Below are positions 22,401 through 39,760 of a stretch of 64,000 nucleotides of DNA, one piece after another (within the stretch, counting starts at the first letter, position 1; every line of letters starts with the position of its first letter). Location: positions 6,172,932 to 6,236,931 of the forward strand of contig CM119263.1 of the NCBI GenBank assembly GCA_051294375.1, given 5' to 3'. The position numbers were made by a program, and so were the translations under genes. This stretch comes from Paraspadella gotoi (taxonomy: Eukaryota; Animalia; Chaetognatha). The notes below the pieces were generated by a model, which was not told the origin of the DNA, did not search any database, and was given only the letters and a program-made list of their open reading frames with translations.

Positions 22401-25400
22401 CCTCCGTTATTTCGCACGAACTGGCTCACCAGGTAAATAATGAACACTTCTTATAATTTTAAATATTTTAAAATATTTATTTAATGATCGACTTTTAAAA
22501 TTCTTGAATCCCGACAGTGGTTCGGAAATTTGGTGACGATGAAATGGTGGAACGATCTTTGGCTCAACGAAGCCTTTGCCGAATTCATGGAACATCTGGC
22601 CCTCAGTCACGTGCTTAAAGGTGTCTCCGTTCAGTTCTTTCTTTCTTTCTTTCTTTCTTTTTTAATTAATGAAATATACATTTGTTATCTTGTATCACTA
22701 AGGTCTTCCCTTTTCCCCGAGCTTCGTCGAGGCAGAAATGCAACGAAGTTTCGATATAGACGGTTAGCACTTATGCCAAATACTCATTAACTGTCAGCTT
22801 AAATATTAGTAGACAAACAGAATATTTATTTAAATTTGAAAGCCTTGAACTCGACACGTGCTATCTCACAAGAAGTCACCAGTCCGGATCAAATAGACGC
22901 TCTTTTTGATCTCGTCACTTATCAGAAGGTATTCCCGTATATTCCTGTACATTCCCGTACAGCTCTTTATGACTAAATCTGTTGAGAGGTTAAAAAAAGT
23001 GAAGTTGTAATCAAAAATAGACTCAAATGTTTATAATTTTGAATATGCCAGGGTTCTTCAGTCCTTCGAATGCTGTGGTCCTTTCTTGGAAACAAAACTT
23101 TCTTCGAGGGAATTACGAATTATCTCACCAAATACAAGTCAGTTGTAAGATTATTTTGTTGTAGTCCTTATACGAACAACGTTAGAAAAGCGGTGGCATT
23201 CGGTTAGTCAGGTTTTTTTTTTATTCTGTTTTATTGTATCATTTGTTTTTCACTTTCAGATTCGAAAATGCAGAGGGCGCTGATTTGTGGAAATCTCTCG
23301 GGGATGAGGCGACGACGGAAGGCAAAACGTTACAGGTTTGAACTGCAACGATCATAAATGATTTATTTGTTAATGAGAATTTTATTTCATATTTATTTCA
23401 TAACAAGCCGTTTCTCTTAAATTTTATTTTTTCATCGTTTTTTATACCAGGTCGACAAAATAATGAACAGCTGGTTGTCTCAACCAGGTTTTCCGGTTGT
23501 TGAAGTCAAAATCGACGACGGTTCTGTCAATTGCAAGCAAAAAAGGTAATCATTCAAACAGTCAAAATGACATGAATCGTAACTATAAATTTCGGTTGCT
23601 CGATTTCTTCAACTTCTTAAACGAAGGTTCTTTCTCAACTACGAACTCGAAAGCTCTGCAACTTGGGACATTCCTTTGACTTTTTCCTATCGATCTCGAC
23701 CCGACTGGCGATCCTCCAAATCTAAGGTTCGATCGATGAGCGCTCCAGTGAATCCCAGGTTTGCGGGAGCGCTCCTGCAAATCTCCGCCCCTTTTTGGAT
23801 TGTCGATCGTAGATCGTAGATGGGGAGTTTAATTAATTATTAATTATTATTAATTATCATTAATTAATAATTATCTTTTTTTCAAACTCAAGATCTTTTG
23901 GCTCTCGACCGAGAATCGAACTCTGAGCTTTCAACTCCCCGGATTGAATGGTTCCGATTGGCTGGTGGTCAATGTGGGACAGGCCGGCGTCTACAGGGTC
24001 AACTACGAGGAGAGTAACTGGAGGAGAATCATGGGTCAACTCATGGACGATCACAATCTCATCCACGTCACGAATCGGGCGCAGATTATCAACGACGCCC
24101 TCAGCCTGGTTGTTGGGGGAACGGGGTTGTTGCCGTCGTTGTCATTACTTTTTAATGTTTGTTATAAGATAATACTAAAATAAATTTTTTTTTATTTCCT
24201 CTCTCCACGGCTCACCTGAGCGAAGCGTTGAATTGAGAACGATCGGCTGAGTCATCCTCTTCCGATTAAAGTTGTCGGTTCGTCGAGAGGTCAAGCAATG
24301 TCGCTTATTGGTCCGCAGGCACGAAGCGGTCAGATGTCCTACTACACGGCGTTGGATCTCCTCAAGTATCTCTGGAACGAAGATTCCTATTACCCGTGGA
24401 AAGCGGCGACCGACGGCCTCAGATACATCCTCGTCATGTTACGCGGTCACGCGGGTGAGTCGCGACTGATCAAGCGGGATAATCTGTTTTTTAATTTTCG
24501 CAGTAGACTATATTTATATATAGTATTATCCTTATAAAATCGAAAAATTTCAAAATAAGCTTTTCTTAAATTTGATTGCAGATTTGAATTCCTTGTTAAA
24601 AATTGATAAAAGAAAATATAAATCATTTTTAAAAATTCTTTCATTAAGTGGGTTAAAAATTTAAAAAACTATATTTAATATATAAAAAGTTAATTTTCAG
24701 CTTAAAATATAGCTTTTTTTAATTTTTGATCCACTTAATGAAGTAATTTTTCAAAAAGAGTTATATTTCTTTTTATCAACTTTTTATGACGAATCCAAAT
24801 CTGCAAAAAAATCTTAGAAAAAACTGTTTTGAAATTTTAACATTTATTGGATTAGTACTAGTATAAATATGGCCTCCTGCGTAAATTGTAAAATTTATTA
24901 TAAATTTTTTTATTACATAAATGTTCATTAGTTTAATGTAGTTCGTTCCTTACTTTTAGAATTTTAATTAAAGTTAAATTTAGAAATTTTACTACGCCTT
25001 ATTATTTCCCCTTAATGTGGTCATTTCAAACGGGTCGGTAGATTTAGTTGTGATTTGGTCTTTTTACTCGGATGGGCAATTGAAATTTTTAGGATACGCA
25101 CCATTTTTGAAGATGATCAGAAGTCTTGGCTCTGAAAGGTTTAGATTCGTAGCCAATCACAGCGTGGTAAGAGATTATTGTTTTTGTTTTAAAATTTTAA
25201 TTCTCTTACTTTCTCGGAAAACGTAAAGAGCGTCTATTGTTTACTAAAGCTTTAAGTTAAAGTTAAAGTTGAACATTTGTCACATGACAAAAATACATTT
25301 ACGAAATCTTATTGTTTTTAAAGGATCGATGGAACGAAGCTTTTCTTCAGCCTCTAATGTACGGACTTTTGTGCAGAGCGAGAGACGCTCACTGTCTCAT

Positions 25401-26839
25401 CACCGTCAAGAAAATGGCCAAGTAGGGTCGTATAATTCTAAGTAAAGTCCGAGCACACATCCATTCAACGTTTCTAATAAATATCTTGAAGGTCTTGGAT
25501 GAATTCTGGAAAAAATATTCCTCCTAACCTGCGGCGCGTCGTCCTGTGCGAAGCGATGAGAGCCGGTAATTCAATAGATTAAAAAAAGCCCTGAGCATCG
25601 CTACAGCCCCGTTTTTTTTTTTAATTTAGAGTTTTGAATATATGTAACTAGCCTCGTTTGCCGCTTGAATCAACATCGTTTAATTCTAATTCGTTTCGTA
25701 AGGCGTGGACGGTCTATTCGACGCCATTTTGGAAAAATACAAAACGGAGAAGAATGAGATTATAAGGGAAGATTTTCGTTCGGCAATGCCCTGCACCAAG
25801 GAGAAGCTGCGACTCGAATGGTTTGTCAGTCGGACTTATATCTATAATATTTGAATTGTCCGTATAAAATTATAAATTTTCCTCTCCCTCCAATTGAACC
25901 AGGTTGATGAAAGAAAGCTTTGCCAACGGGGTCATCCGCAAACAAGACGCGAGGGAGGTCTCGTCGGACGTCGCCTCTAATCCGTTCGGACAAAGCCTCG
26001 CCTGGGATCATATCAGGCGAGCTGGACGAGGGATTTAGGGGGGGGGGTCGGAGGATGTCCTTCTGACTGTTGGATTCTTTTCACAACGCTGTCAGTTACT
26101 TGGTAATTCTTTACTTGTAACTTGTTGTTGAATTTGAATTTATACTCTTCTGACCGTTGTGACAAATTTCATTATGTATAATTCTGTTGTTATCATTTTT
26201 TATTTTTAAAATTGTTTTGCTTTACTCCCGATTTCGTACTGTTAGTGTCCAATTGGGTAAAAATAAACCCCGATTGTTCTTCATATCATCGACTTTTTCA
26301 ACCCTTTCCCGATTATTAGTTCCAACTGGGACGTCGTCGTGAAATTCATTGAATCCAAGTCGGCCTTGGGGAAGATTGTGGGCGGCGTGGTGAGATGGGT
26401 CGCGGACGCACGCGTGCTCGAGGATCTCAAACGCCGCGTCGAATCCTTGAAGCTCGAAGGTCCGAAAAACGACCTTTTGTGGGGGAGAATTAGGGCCGCT
26501 TTACCGCGTACTAATTTGAATTGGCAACCGTGCCTTCTGGGTTGAATCCCAAAAACCCTCATCGTGGTTACAAGCCCAGATCCAGTGCCTATGCTGCTGA
26601 GAGGGCACAGAAGATACGGATAGTAGTCTCCATCCCACTTAGCGCCTTATCCATACAATTTTGATCGAGCATTAAAAACGGCACAGATAAAATTGTAAAA
26701 AGACAACGTCGACGATGTTTGTCCAACAGGAACGTCGCGTCTGGCCTTCGTTCAAGCGATCGAGAGAGTGGAGAACAATATCCGGTGGAAGAAGGATTAT
26801 CTCCCCAGCGTCGTCGAGTGGTTGGACCGACAGGCTTAG
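19406..26839 (+). CDS. M1-family zinc aminopeptidase (aminopeptidase N-like), about 30 exons, predicted secreted
   Basis: First exon [18 protein letters not shown] (signal peptide). Motifs [95 protein letters not shown] and GVYRVNY; C-terminus [21 protein letters not shown]. Confidence 0.92.
20285..20392 (+). repeat. Fragment of an intronic interspersed repeat (longest copy 32375-32630)
   Basis: GGGAGTGGTCTTTTCATACAATTGAAACATTCTTTGAA...GTGAATAAACGAGACTG is near-identical to 32375-32480. A smaller remnant lies at about 20054-20094. Confidence 0.7.
24493..24887. mobile_element. Foldback MITE-like element (long imperfect palindrome) in an aminopeptidase intron
   Basis: Left arm AATTTTCGCAGTAGACTATATTTAT...TTGCAGATTTGAATTC...TTCATTAAGTGG mirrors right arm CCACTTAATGAA...GAATCCAAATCTGCAA...ATAAATATGGCCTCCTGCGTAAATT, about 185 bp per arm. 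Confidence 0.7.
26478..26657 (+). mobile_element. Diverged, internally deleted solo LTR related to the TRIM at 137-827
   Basis: AAACCCTCA..GTGGTTACAAGCCCAG...GCTGCT.AGAGGG...AGAAG.TACGGA.AGT...CCCAC.TAGCGCCTTATCCATACA aligns with the reverse complement of 137-243. Contains a B-box-like GGGTTGAATCCC. Confidence 0.65.
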
Positions 26840-27105
26840 ATCTGCTGGGGATGTTGAGGGGAGGGAATGGTCGGGCTTAGCCCGAGACCGGAGGAGGGGG
26901 TAGGCATGTCAACGTCTAGGGTTTGAAGGTCGAGGGATTGATTTGTGGCGGTTTTTTCAACATGCGGGGGGGCGAAACTATTCAAATTTTGTAGGCTCAA
27001 TTGATGAATGTAGACAAATATTGACTGTTTTCCTTTTATCATTAAACTTGGTTTAGCTGTTGGGAATTCTCATTTTGATTTCGTTCACGTCTCTTTCGAG
27101 AGTTA

Positions 27106-27106
27106 G

Positions 27107-27196
<90 letters not shown>

Positions 27197-27399
27197 TTCT
27201 CTTCCTCCTCTTCGCAACGATTCCATCTGGAACCGGTGATGCAAAAGCCCGTTCAAGAAACCGCGACGCCTTTTCACATTCAAGGATAAACGTTTTCGTT
27301 GGAACAATTGCGTTACTGGTTTAGTTCCTGTCGCTTGATTGTCATCCAGAAAGTACAAACGGGCCAGAATCGAGTTTTCCAGAATGGAGCAAAATAGCG

Positions 27400-27483
<84 letters not shown>
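27106..27483. repeat. (CT)n microsatellites (two blocks)
   Basis: Directly visible dinucleotide runs. Similar (CT/GA)n tracts lie at about 29424, 50941, 51756, 58610, 59420, 60765, 62815, 63323 and 63837. Confidence 0.95.
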
Positions 27484-27485
<2 letters not shown>

Positions 27486-29419
27486 CTGTCCTCTCAATCT
27501 TTCCAATCTTCAAGCCTCTCACCTCGACTCTCACGTTGCAATCGATTCTCTTTTCCTCTTTCACTCCTCGGCTTCCTCCCTCTCCTTCTTATCTTCTTCC
27601 TCTTCATTTTCCTCATCTTCTTCCTCCTCTTCCTCATCTTCCTCCCACGAGTGTTTCGAAAGCAGGTCACGTGATCTCGATTGCTTTCTATCACCGCCGA
27701 ATATTGATTATTAAAAAGGTAATTAAAACTATCGGAAGCCAATTTAAATAAAAAACAAAAAACAAAAAAAATAAAACAAAACAAAAAGAAATAAACAAAA
27801 TTTAAACGAAAACCAGCGATAAATGTGACACCTGAAAAAGTTTTATTCCCGTTAGGACTTTCACGATTTGAAGTGAATTTAATAATTTTTTTAAAAGTTT
27901 TTTCTTTTCCCCTCGACAGCAGTGAATATTCGAACACGTGTGATGATGCGTAAGTAAGATTAGTAAAAGCTAAGTTAATTCTCTCCTGTTTTAAACTCAG
28001 AAAAGGTTTTAACTTTTTTTACTATTTTAACTTTTCCGCCATTATAAAAACAATTAAAATATACTTTATTTGATTCGATTTGATTGACTTAATTTGATCG
28101 ACGAATCTGATTGAAAAACAAAAGTAACAGATTTGTTTAAAACTGAATCTGGAAATCTTTTCCGGCGATAGAAAGAATAGTGGCTCGCTCTCGGCTCGTG
28201 ATCGGTGAACACAGAATTATATTTGAATAAGGCGTTATTTATTTTTAGATAATTAGGCGTCCTTTCAGCTGTTAACCGTACACTGTACGGCGTACAGGCG
28301 TTAATAACTGAGAGTCGAGATCGAGCTAAAAATCTTTCCCTGGTTTGTTTTATTAAAACCTTTCACTAATTTAATAAAGAAAAAAAACGATAGCTATTTG
28401 TCTCGGTCACGTTTTGTTTATAAGACACGAAAACTTTGTTATTCTGCGAGAAATTTTAGCATCTTCAAATCGAATTGTATAAGATTTTAAGCAACATTTT
28501 TTTTTCAACAATCAGCTTCATAAATGCAAAGTTTGTTAATTAAAGGTCATCGACAACAAATATGTTAAAATAAGTTGCGCCATCTAAATTTAATAAACAA
28601 ATTTTTTATATAACCTTTTGTCTTCGGTCTATTTTTTTTTTACCATTTGCGAAAAAAAGTTTTTTAAGGAGCTATCAATGTCACTACCATCTGGACGGGG
28701 TGCAATCGTTTACCTCGTCGTTGGATTCCTGCAATTTTCAACTCTTACTTCCGTATGGATTCTTCTTTGCGTGACGTAATCGTCGCCGACGTCGTTGCCA
28801 AGTCACGTGATAAAAGATCAGTGACTATTTTTAGACGACCTCTCGCCGGAATGGGGATCAGTCTCCTTGGTCACTCTCTCTCACCTCTGACACCGGCCGT
28901 TCCACTTCTTTTTTTTTCTTTCTTTCTTTTTTCTTAATAACTTAAACTTTCCTAGAGATTTTTTAAGCAAAGATATTTCTTTTTCCTTAAACTTCCCTCT
29001 CTTCCTTTTTTTTCCCTTTTTCCCCCTCGTCTTTTCCCTTTTAATTCCAACGCGCGCCAACTGCTTCTCACCATATGGATCAAGACAATCGCGACGACTG
29101 CGACAACAACAACGACGATAACGACGACGACAACAGTCCCGCTTATCGATTCTGGTTCCGTCTTTCGCAAAAGAAAAAAAAGTCTCGAGATCCAAACCTC
29201 AATGCTAACGGATAATCTAAATTAATGGCAAGCCCTAGGGGAATTTCCCGTTGACAACAACAACAAAAACGACGACAACGACAACTCGAATCGATTTTCG
29301 TTTTGTCGCCGTCAACCGATTTAAAAAAAAATTGTCTTTTCGATCGAAGAAATAAAAATCGTTTTTTTTCGTTTTTTTAACCGATTTTGCGATGCCATCG
29401 CACGCTATATTTAAAAATA

Positions 29420-29504
<85 letters not shown>

Positions 29505-29572
29505 CTCTTCTCTCTCTCTCTCTTCTTCTCTCTCTCTCCATATTCAATTCCATCCCCTCTCAGTCTTCCAGA

Positions 29573-33382
<3,810 letters not shown>

Positions 33383-34887
33383 TACCCACCATAGAAACAA
33401 AGCGCAGGAAGTCGTGAAATATGATTATATATATTTTTTACGTCTTAAAAAACCTTAGGTACATTACGTTTATTTCTTAACAAAGTTAAAATTTGTGAAG
33501 CATTCACACCTACGGTGAAAGTTAATCCGTAACAGCATTACTGGAACCAATACTCTGTGTGCTAGTATATCGTCTTCGAAATAGTAGATACTCGTCGAAA
33601 CAAGAGACGAAAAATAAAAGCCTCGTTTCACCAAATTGTCGCTAGTAGTCGTGAATCAAGTCTTTATTCGCTTCCTGTCTAATTTATTACAATAAAAGCC
33701 TTTTTTTTATTTATAAACAATAGTCGACGTAATGTTTTTTCGCCGCCATTTTGATTTTTACACTGTACCGATTTTTTTTTCTGTTTTAACTCAAAGCGTC
33801 TTAGATCTTTTTTTCTATTACGCGCCATTATTGTTGCTACATTTTTTCTTCTCCTATTCACTGTTCGTACTTTCACATATCTCGATTTAATAGATTTTAT
33901 TCCTTATCGACATTTCCCGTTTTTTTTTTCGCTGAGGTGAAACAATCAAAGTCAGGGGCAAGATAGCTGGTTAATTTAATAAATAAATAATTTATATTTT
34001 GGTTGCTACAAATTTTACTATTACATAGCTATTACTTATTAGGCCAATTAGCTATTACTTGTTAGGTTATTTTTTTAGGTTTTACGGATCGGCTGTTTTG
34101 TCGCCTCAAGAGCGACAAGTTAAAATTATAGCATATCATTTTAGGAACTATATTACAATAGACCAACGGAAAGAGGTGGAAAAATAAGCTGAAATAAGAT
34201 TAACAACTCAACGTTATCGCTACCCCGTTCTTGATCAAGTGGGGTGACCCTTGGAAATGTCAGAATCCAACTTCAATTTAATTACATCCGGTCAGATCAA
34301 AATTTATTCCATCCAATATAAAACATATTGGAAGAGTCAACTTGGTCTTTTGATTATTTGTTACTGTTAGTCGAAAATAATTGAATTGAGTTAAAGTCGG
34401 TCAAACGGAAAACATCAAAAACCGGAGAAAACCGTTAGAAACCAATTTATTTCCCCGATTTAATTTTTGCTTTCGACTTCATCCTTATGTTTAACATATC
34501 ACTCCTCCCCTTCCCTACTCGAAACTCGTAATTCAGGATGACAAACTCGAATGGGTCTCCACTCGTGAATATTTCATTCACATTCGCGTCGACACCGAAT
34601 CTCAGAATCGCCGATGTCATTTTTCACCTTTCCGTTTTCAACTCCGACACTACCGCTCGTTTATGTTGTCTTGAATTTAAAAAAAAAAAAAAAATTAAAA
34701 CGAAATATCTATTTGATTTACGTTCTATAAGAATTGTCATTAATTTCATGAAAAATCATGACGCGATTTTCAATCTTTCCTTCCGAGTTTTTATTCGAAA
34801 TAAAAAAATATACTGAGACATGTTTATAAACTAAACTGACGATAACGAAGAGCTTAACTCGGAAACGAACAGCCGCGTGTCTCTCTC

Positions 34888-34897
34888 NNNNNNNNNN
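34888..34897. other. Assembly gap
   Basis: Run of 10 N. Confidence 0.99.
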
Positions 34898-36715
34898 ACA
34901 CTATGAACATTTAACAATATAATATCGAGTTTTAATTTTTTTCTGTTTTGAGCATCAGAGAATTTTCTGAGAGGGTAAAACATTTCCACATTTTCATCCC
35001 ACGTTTTTAGTCTGTTTTGCTTTCATCACTTAAATCTTAGATCTCATAAATCATCTCGGGACATCGAATTCTGAAAAATTATGACCCTCAGTCCGTCCGC
35101 CCGTCTTTCCCCTCTACTCAACAGTCAATGCTCAACGAGATGGTCATCTCGCCAGGTCGACTGGTGTTCGCGCCAGATCAATTAAAAGTTTTTCTTCCCA
35201 GGACGATTCATTAATATCTGTATCTTTGTAAACAAATTATGTTTTAGCTGCAATGATATTTCAATTTCGTCCTCATAATCGTTCTCTCGAGAAACGGGGC
35301 AAAGTAAGACGCCAATGCACAAACTTTAAGAGGAAACTTAGGACAATAAGTTTAGAGATAAATGTCCGTCTCTCAGCAAAATCCAATCAGATTGGACAAA
35401 ATGTGAATTCGTAATCAGATATCCAAAAAATAATTGTTTCCAAACTGTTTGCGTTCTTTGTAATTAATCGCTTTCGGCCAAATTCGGATCAAAGGTTTTA
35501 TTTTGAAAAAAGAAAGAATCAAGATGCAAAAAAGAACATAGAGACCGAATTGGATGAAATCGTCTTTGTTGTCGTCGTCGTTGTCGTCGTCGTCGTTCAA
35601 AGTTGATTGATGAGTCGAAAGTTGACACATTTTTCCAATCGTGTTTCATCTCCTCTCCAAAAAAAAAAGCCATACTTTCCCGCCCACCGACTGACTCCAT
35701 CTAAAAACAGATCCTCGAACTTACCACCGGATTTATAACGGACTCTTACTTCCTTACAAAAATTAGCTAAAGCGATAAGAAAAATTTTCTTCCCGAAATC
35801 TGTTTCGGAGCCTACAAGGCCTAAGCCTAATTTTTTCAGAAAGCCCCATCTTAAATTTGGAATTAAGTTAAAAGTTAAGTCGTGAGATTATGAGAAGGAA
35901 TAAGTTACTAGTTAGTAATTAAGGTCTCTTTTTAATTAACCTTTCACCTCACCGCCCCCTTCACCATCTACTTTCACGCCACATCGCCTCGGGCTTCTCA
36001 CTCTCACCCTTTGCGAAATCCGGTTTCAAAGTTCGCTGCCGAGATCGGGCGTTGCCTTTCGTCTCGAAAGGCGAACGCGACGCGACGATTTTAAAAGAAG
36101 ATCGAGGATCGCCCTGTATCGTTGAAAGTTAATAAGCGGGGTCGAATTATTAAATTATAAAACAGTGTCTTTCCAATAAACTTAAGTTTAGAAATGGCGA
36201 GAAGTAACGGCGAGCTCGAGACATTGCTCTTAGTTTGACATGTTAAATACGAATTGAACGAAAAATGAACGTACTTTCCGCCTTCATTTTTCCCCCCTTC
36301 AATCGTCAAGACATTTTCCATTCACGTTCGGAAATCTCAATCGGTATTTTTTTTTTTTTAGCCTACTCCTCCTCCTCCTCCGACAAAAACGCTCGTCCAT
36401 TCCCCCCCCCTCTACCGACCTCTCCGGTCTTCTCTCTTACCCCAACCTCCTCCCTTAAACTCCCCCCCCCCGCCGTTCGGATCCATTAACCGAGAAAAAT
36501 GCCACAACTCGTTTCTCCTTTTTCTCCTCATCTTTTTCGCCTTTTAGTTCTAGTTTTTTTTTTTGGGGGGGGGGAAAGTCAGGTTTGCGAAGCAAAGTTT
36601 ATATACGGTTGTGTCGGACCGCGCCCGTCATTAATTCTTCCGAATCCTTTTTTTTTTCCACAATATTTTTAAAGTTTTCATTTTTTGTTGTTTTTCTTCT
36701 TTTGTTTTCGGTTTT

Positions 36716-39700
36716 TTTAGTCGGATCTGCTTCATCAGCAGCATCCCGACTCTATAACTCACTTTTTCGGTCCGTCGGTCTTCCGCCCCCTCAATATTGT
36801 CGGGACACACTTATATCATGTCCAGAACATCGAATTTATGATTAAATTATGCAAAAAAAATGACTGTCCGTTCCGGTCCGCTCTGTCTGTCCGGTCCGTC
36901 CGCTTCCGTTCCGTCTCGTCCCACCTTTAGTCAAAAAACACCAATTTACTCGTGATTCGATGGATGGTTTAAAAAGAATTCTGTGTGAGGTTATAGGTAA
37001 AGTGTGTGATGAGCTGGATATTGAAGTTTCGATGGAATCGTCGAGTGGAAATGAGTTTAAATGGGAAAAAACAAAAAAAATATCATTCACTATTTGATAT
37101 CAACCAATTGTCATGAGTGGCATAGGCGTTCTGATTGACCTGCGAATTTTGTATGTGGGATAGGAAAGTGTGTGATTCGAACAGGAAAGCAAGTTTCTAT
37201 GCGAATAGTTTGCAGTGGAAATGAGATTTAAATGGAAAAACAAAAAACCTGTTTTACGTAATTGCATTATGCTATCTTTTTCCTTTTATATTAAATGTAT
37301 ATTGCAGGATGTATTTAATAATATCAAATAATTAATAGTTAATTAATCAATTTAGTAAATAAATTAATCAATAATTAATTTAATTTAGTCAATCAACGTC
37401 CATCCGTCTCTTAATCTTACAATAAAGCCTCTCTCTATATAACTCGTGATTGGCTGCGGTGGTGATTGGAATTTAAATTATGTGTGTGGAGTAGGAAAGT
37501 GTGTGATAAAGCTGGCATCATAAAGTTTCGTATTGGAATCGTGTGAGTGGAAAATTAGTCTTTAAATGGAAAAAAACATAAGTCGGGAATTTACTAAAAA
37601 TCTTTTACTTATTTTTTTAACCAATAGAATACTCTACATTAATCATAATTGGATGAATTAGATTTAGATGAAAATTTTGTGTGTGGGTAGGAAAAGTCTT
37701 GACGGAAGGCTTTGAATATAAGTATCAGTGGAAACCTTACCAGTGAAATGAGTTTAAATGAAAAAAATATGAGTCACATTACTTGATCTTTTTTATTTAT
37801 TAACCCATTGATAGATTGAGGATGAAATTTTGTGAGCCAGTAGGAAAGCTGAGTGAAGAAGCTAGATATTAAGTTTTGACGGAATGCAATTTGAAAAAAT
37901 GTAGCTAAGTTTGAAAAAATGCATGCAAGTTTATAAAAAATCTTAAAAGCATAAAGGATCGCTCGCTTATTGGCTCATAAAAAAAAATCAATGGGAATGA
38001 GGGGAAGACGAGAGAGTAAGAGAAATGAAGAGAGTTAGAGAGAGAGAGTGAGAGAGAAAGAGAGAGAGTGAGAGAGAGAGATGTGCAGAGAGGAGAGAGA
38101 GAAGGAGACATAAAATAAAAAAATCTTAAAAAGACTTCAAGATCGAGCCAAGAGCCCACTATTCATAGAAAATTAATGCATAAAAAAAAACCTCGGGGCA
38201 AAAAACACGGATTATGAATTTCATGCCCTGATAACGAATTATTGATTTAATAGTAATTATTAAGCGGTAATACTAATTGATTGACTTGTAATAGTAATTT
38301 AATTGATGTAATAGGATTGATTTATTGCATACTATTGAAATCAATTATTGATGCCGATGATAGTCATTCACTGATTTGCGATGATTGTCATTCATTGATG
38401 CGATGATTAGTCAATAAAAACAAAAAAAGCTGTGTTAGATGTGGAAAGAGAGAGAGAGAGTAGAGATGATGATGAGCTATCTTGATTATGGAGCGAGAGA
38501 TGAGAGAGGTTAGATGAGACGTGAGATTTGTATTGTGTTTGTTCTTTATCTCTTTTTTGATTTTTTTTGTAGATTCTTTCTTGTATGTTGAGAGAGAGGA
38601 CGAGAAAGAAAGAAAGAGAATTAAATCCCACGAAAATCTTCGCGATGAAAATATGGATTCTTGTATTGCAAAAAAGCGCTGGAATTAAATGGAATAATAT
38701 AATAAATTTTAGATAGGAAAAAAATAATCTAGAATTTTTCCTAAAAAACAAACGATCACGGCAAGAGATCGACAGAGAGGGACAGACAACACACAGAGCA
38801 TAAAACTAGAGAGAGAGACTCTAGCCTCTGCATAGAAAAAGTATGAGATGAGACAAGTCTGATTTTTCGAGCGATATATATATAAATTAAAGTTATGGAG
38901 AGCAGCAGAAAGCAAGAAAGCTCTACAGCCCCTTTACTCGTTTAAAGAATCAGCAGTACCATGGCGTCTGGACGTTACGGAGCTTTTCTCTACCCAAAGT
39001 GACCCGCCGGTTCGCAACACTGTTTCGCGGCATCGTTTTTTACATTAGTGAGCCCACATTATATCTAAAAATTTTTTTGTAAAGAAAAAAAAAGAGTTGA
39101 AGAGAGAGAGAGAGAGGAGAGAGAGAAAGAAGCTGAGCAGAGAAATCAGGAAGAAGTCTAGTGACGGAGAAAATGAAAATTTTATGAGAGAGACGAGAGC
39201 GAATATATTTAAAAGAAAGATGATGAGAGAGAGCGACATTTAATTGAAAACGTTTTTTGTTTTGCTAAATTATAAACATAAACAAATACGGAATTATTTG
39301 ATATGAAAATCATGAGAATTTTAAAGATCTTGATATTCTTTAGAAAGCCATATTATGAAATTTCAATTACTTCCCTTTGATTATCACACTTTCAGAAGCC
39401 TATGATTTGCTAAAAAAAGCGTGACCGGAAGCTAAACGACAATCAAATCGATAATAGCAGGATATTTGTTTGTTTTGCATAAAATGCTAAACAAAACATT
39501 TAATAACTGTACACTCAATTTTAAGGACATCGATGAGGACAAGCTGAATATAAATTATTAATTTAATTATTAAAATTATTAATTAATTAATTAATTAATT
39601 TAATTTAATTTATATTTTTAATTAATTAATTAATTAATTAATAATTAAAATTAATTAATTAATTAATAATTAATTAATCTTATAATTAATCTATTAATAA

Positions 39701-39760
39701 TTAATTATTCGTAGGCTAGACCGTATATATCTTCGTGTTTGCTCAAATACTTGTTTTTTA
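36716..39760 (+). mobile_element. Expanded, degenerate HINE family A copy with tandem internal units and nested repeat fragments
   Basis: 5' end AGTCGGATCTGCT...CCCGACTCTATA as at 6660. About five degenerate tandem units (TAGGAAAGTGTGTGA...AGTGGAAATGAGTTTAAATGGAAAA) run to about 37900. A 3'-end-like GTTTGCTCAAA(TA)CTTGTTTTT is at about 39737-39758. Contains reverse family-B fragments and an LTR remnant at about 38935-39043. Confidence 0.5.

Noticed and set aside
27053-27937. ORFs rich in ER/SL repeats here and at about 50830-51869, 59332-59584, 60620-60956 and 62724-62963
   Set aside because: They are translations of (CT)n/(GA)n microsatellites.
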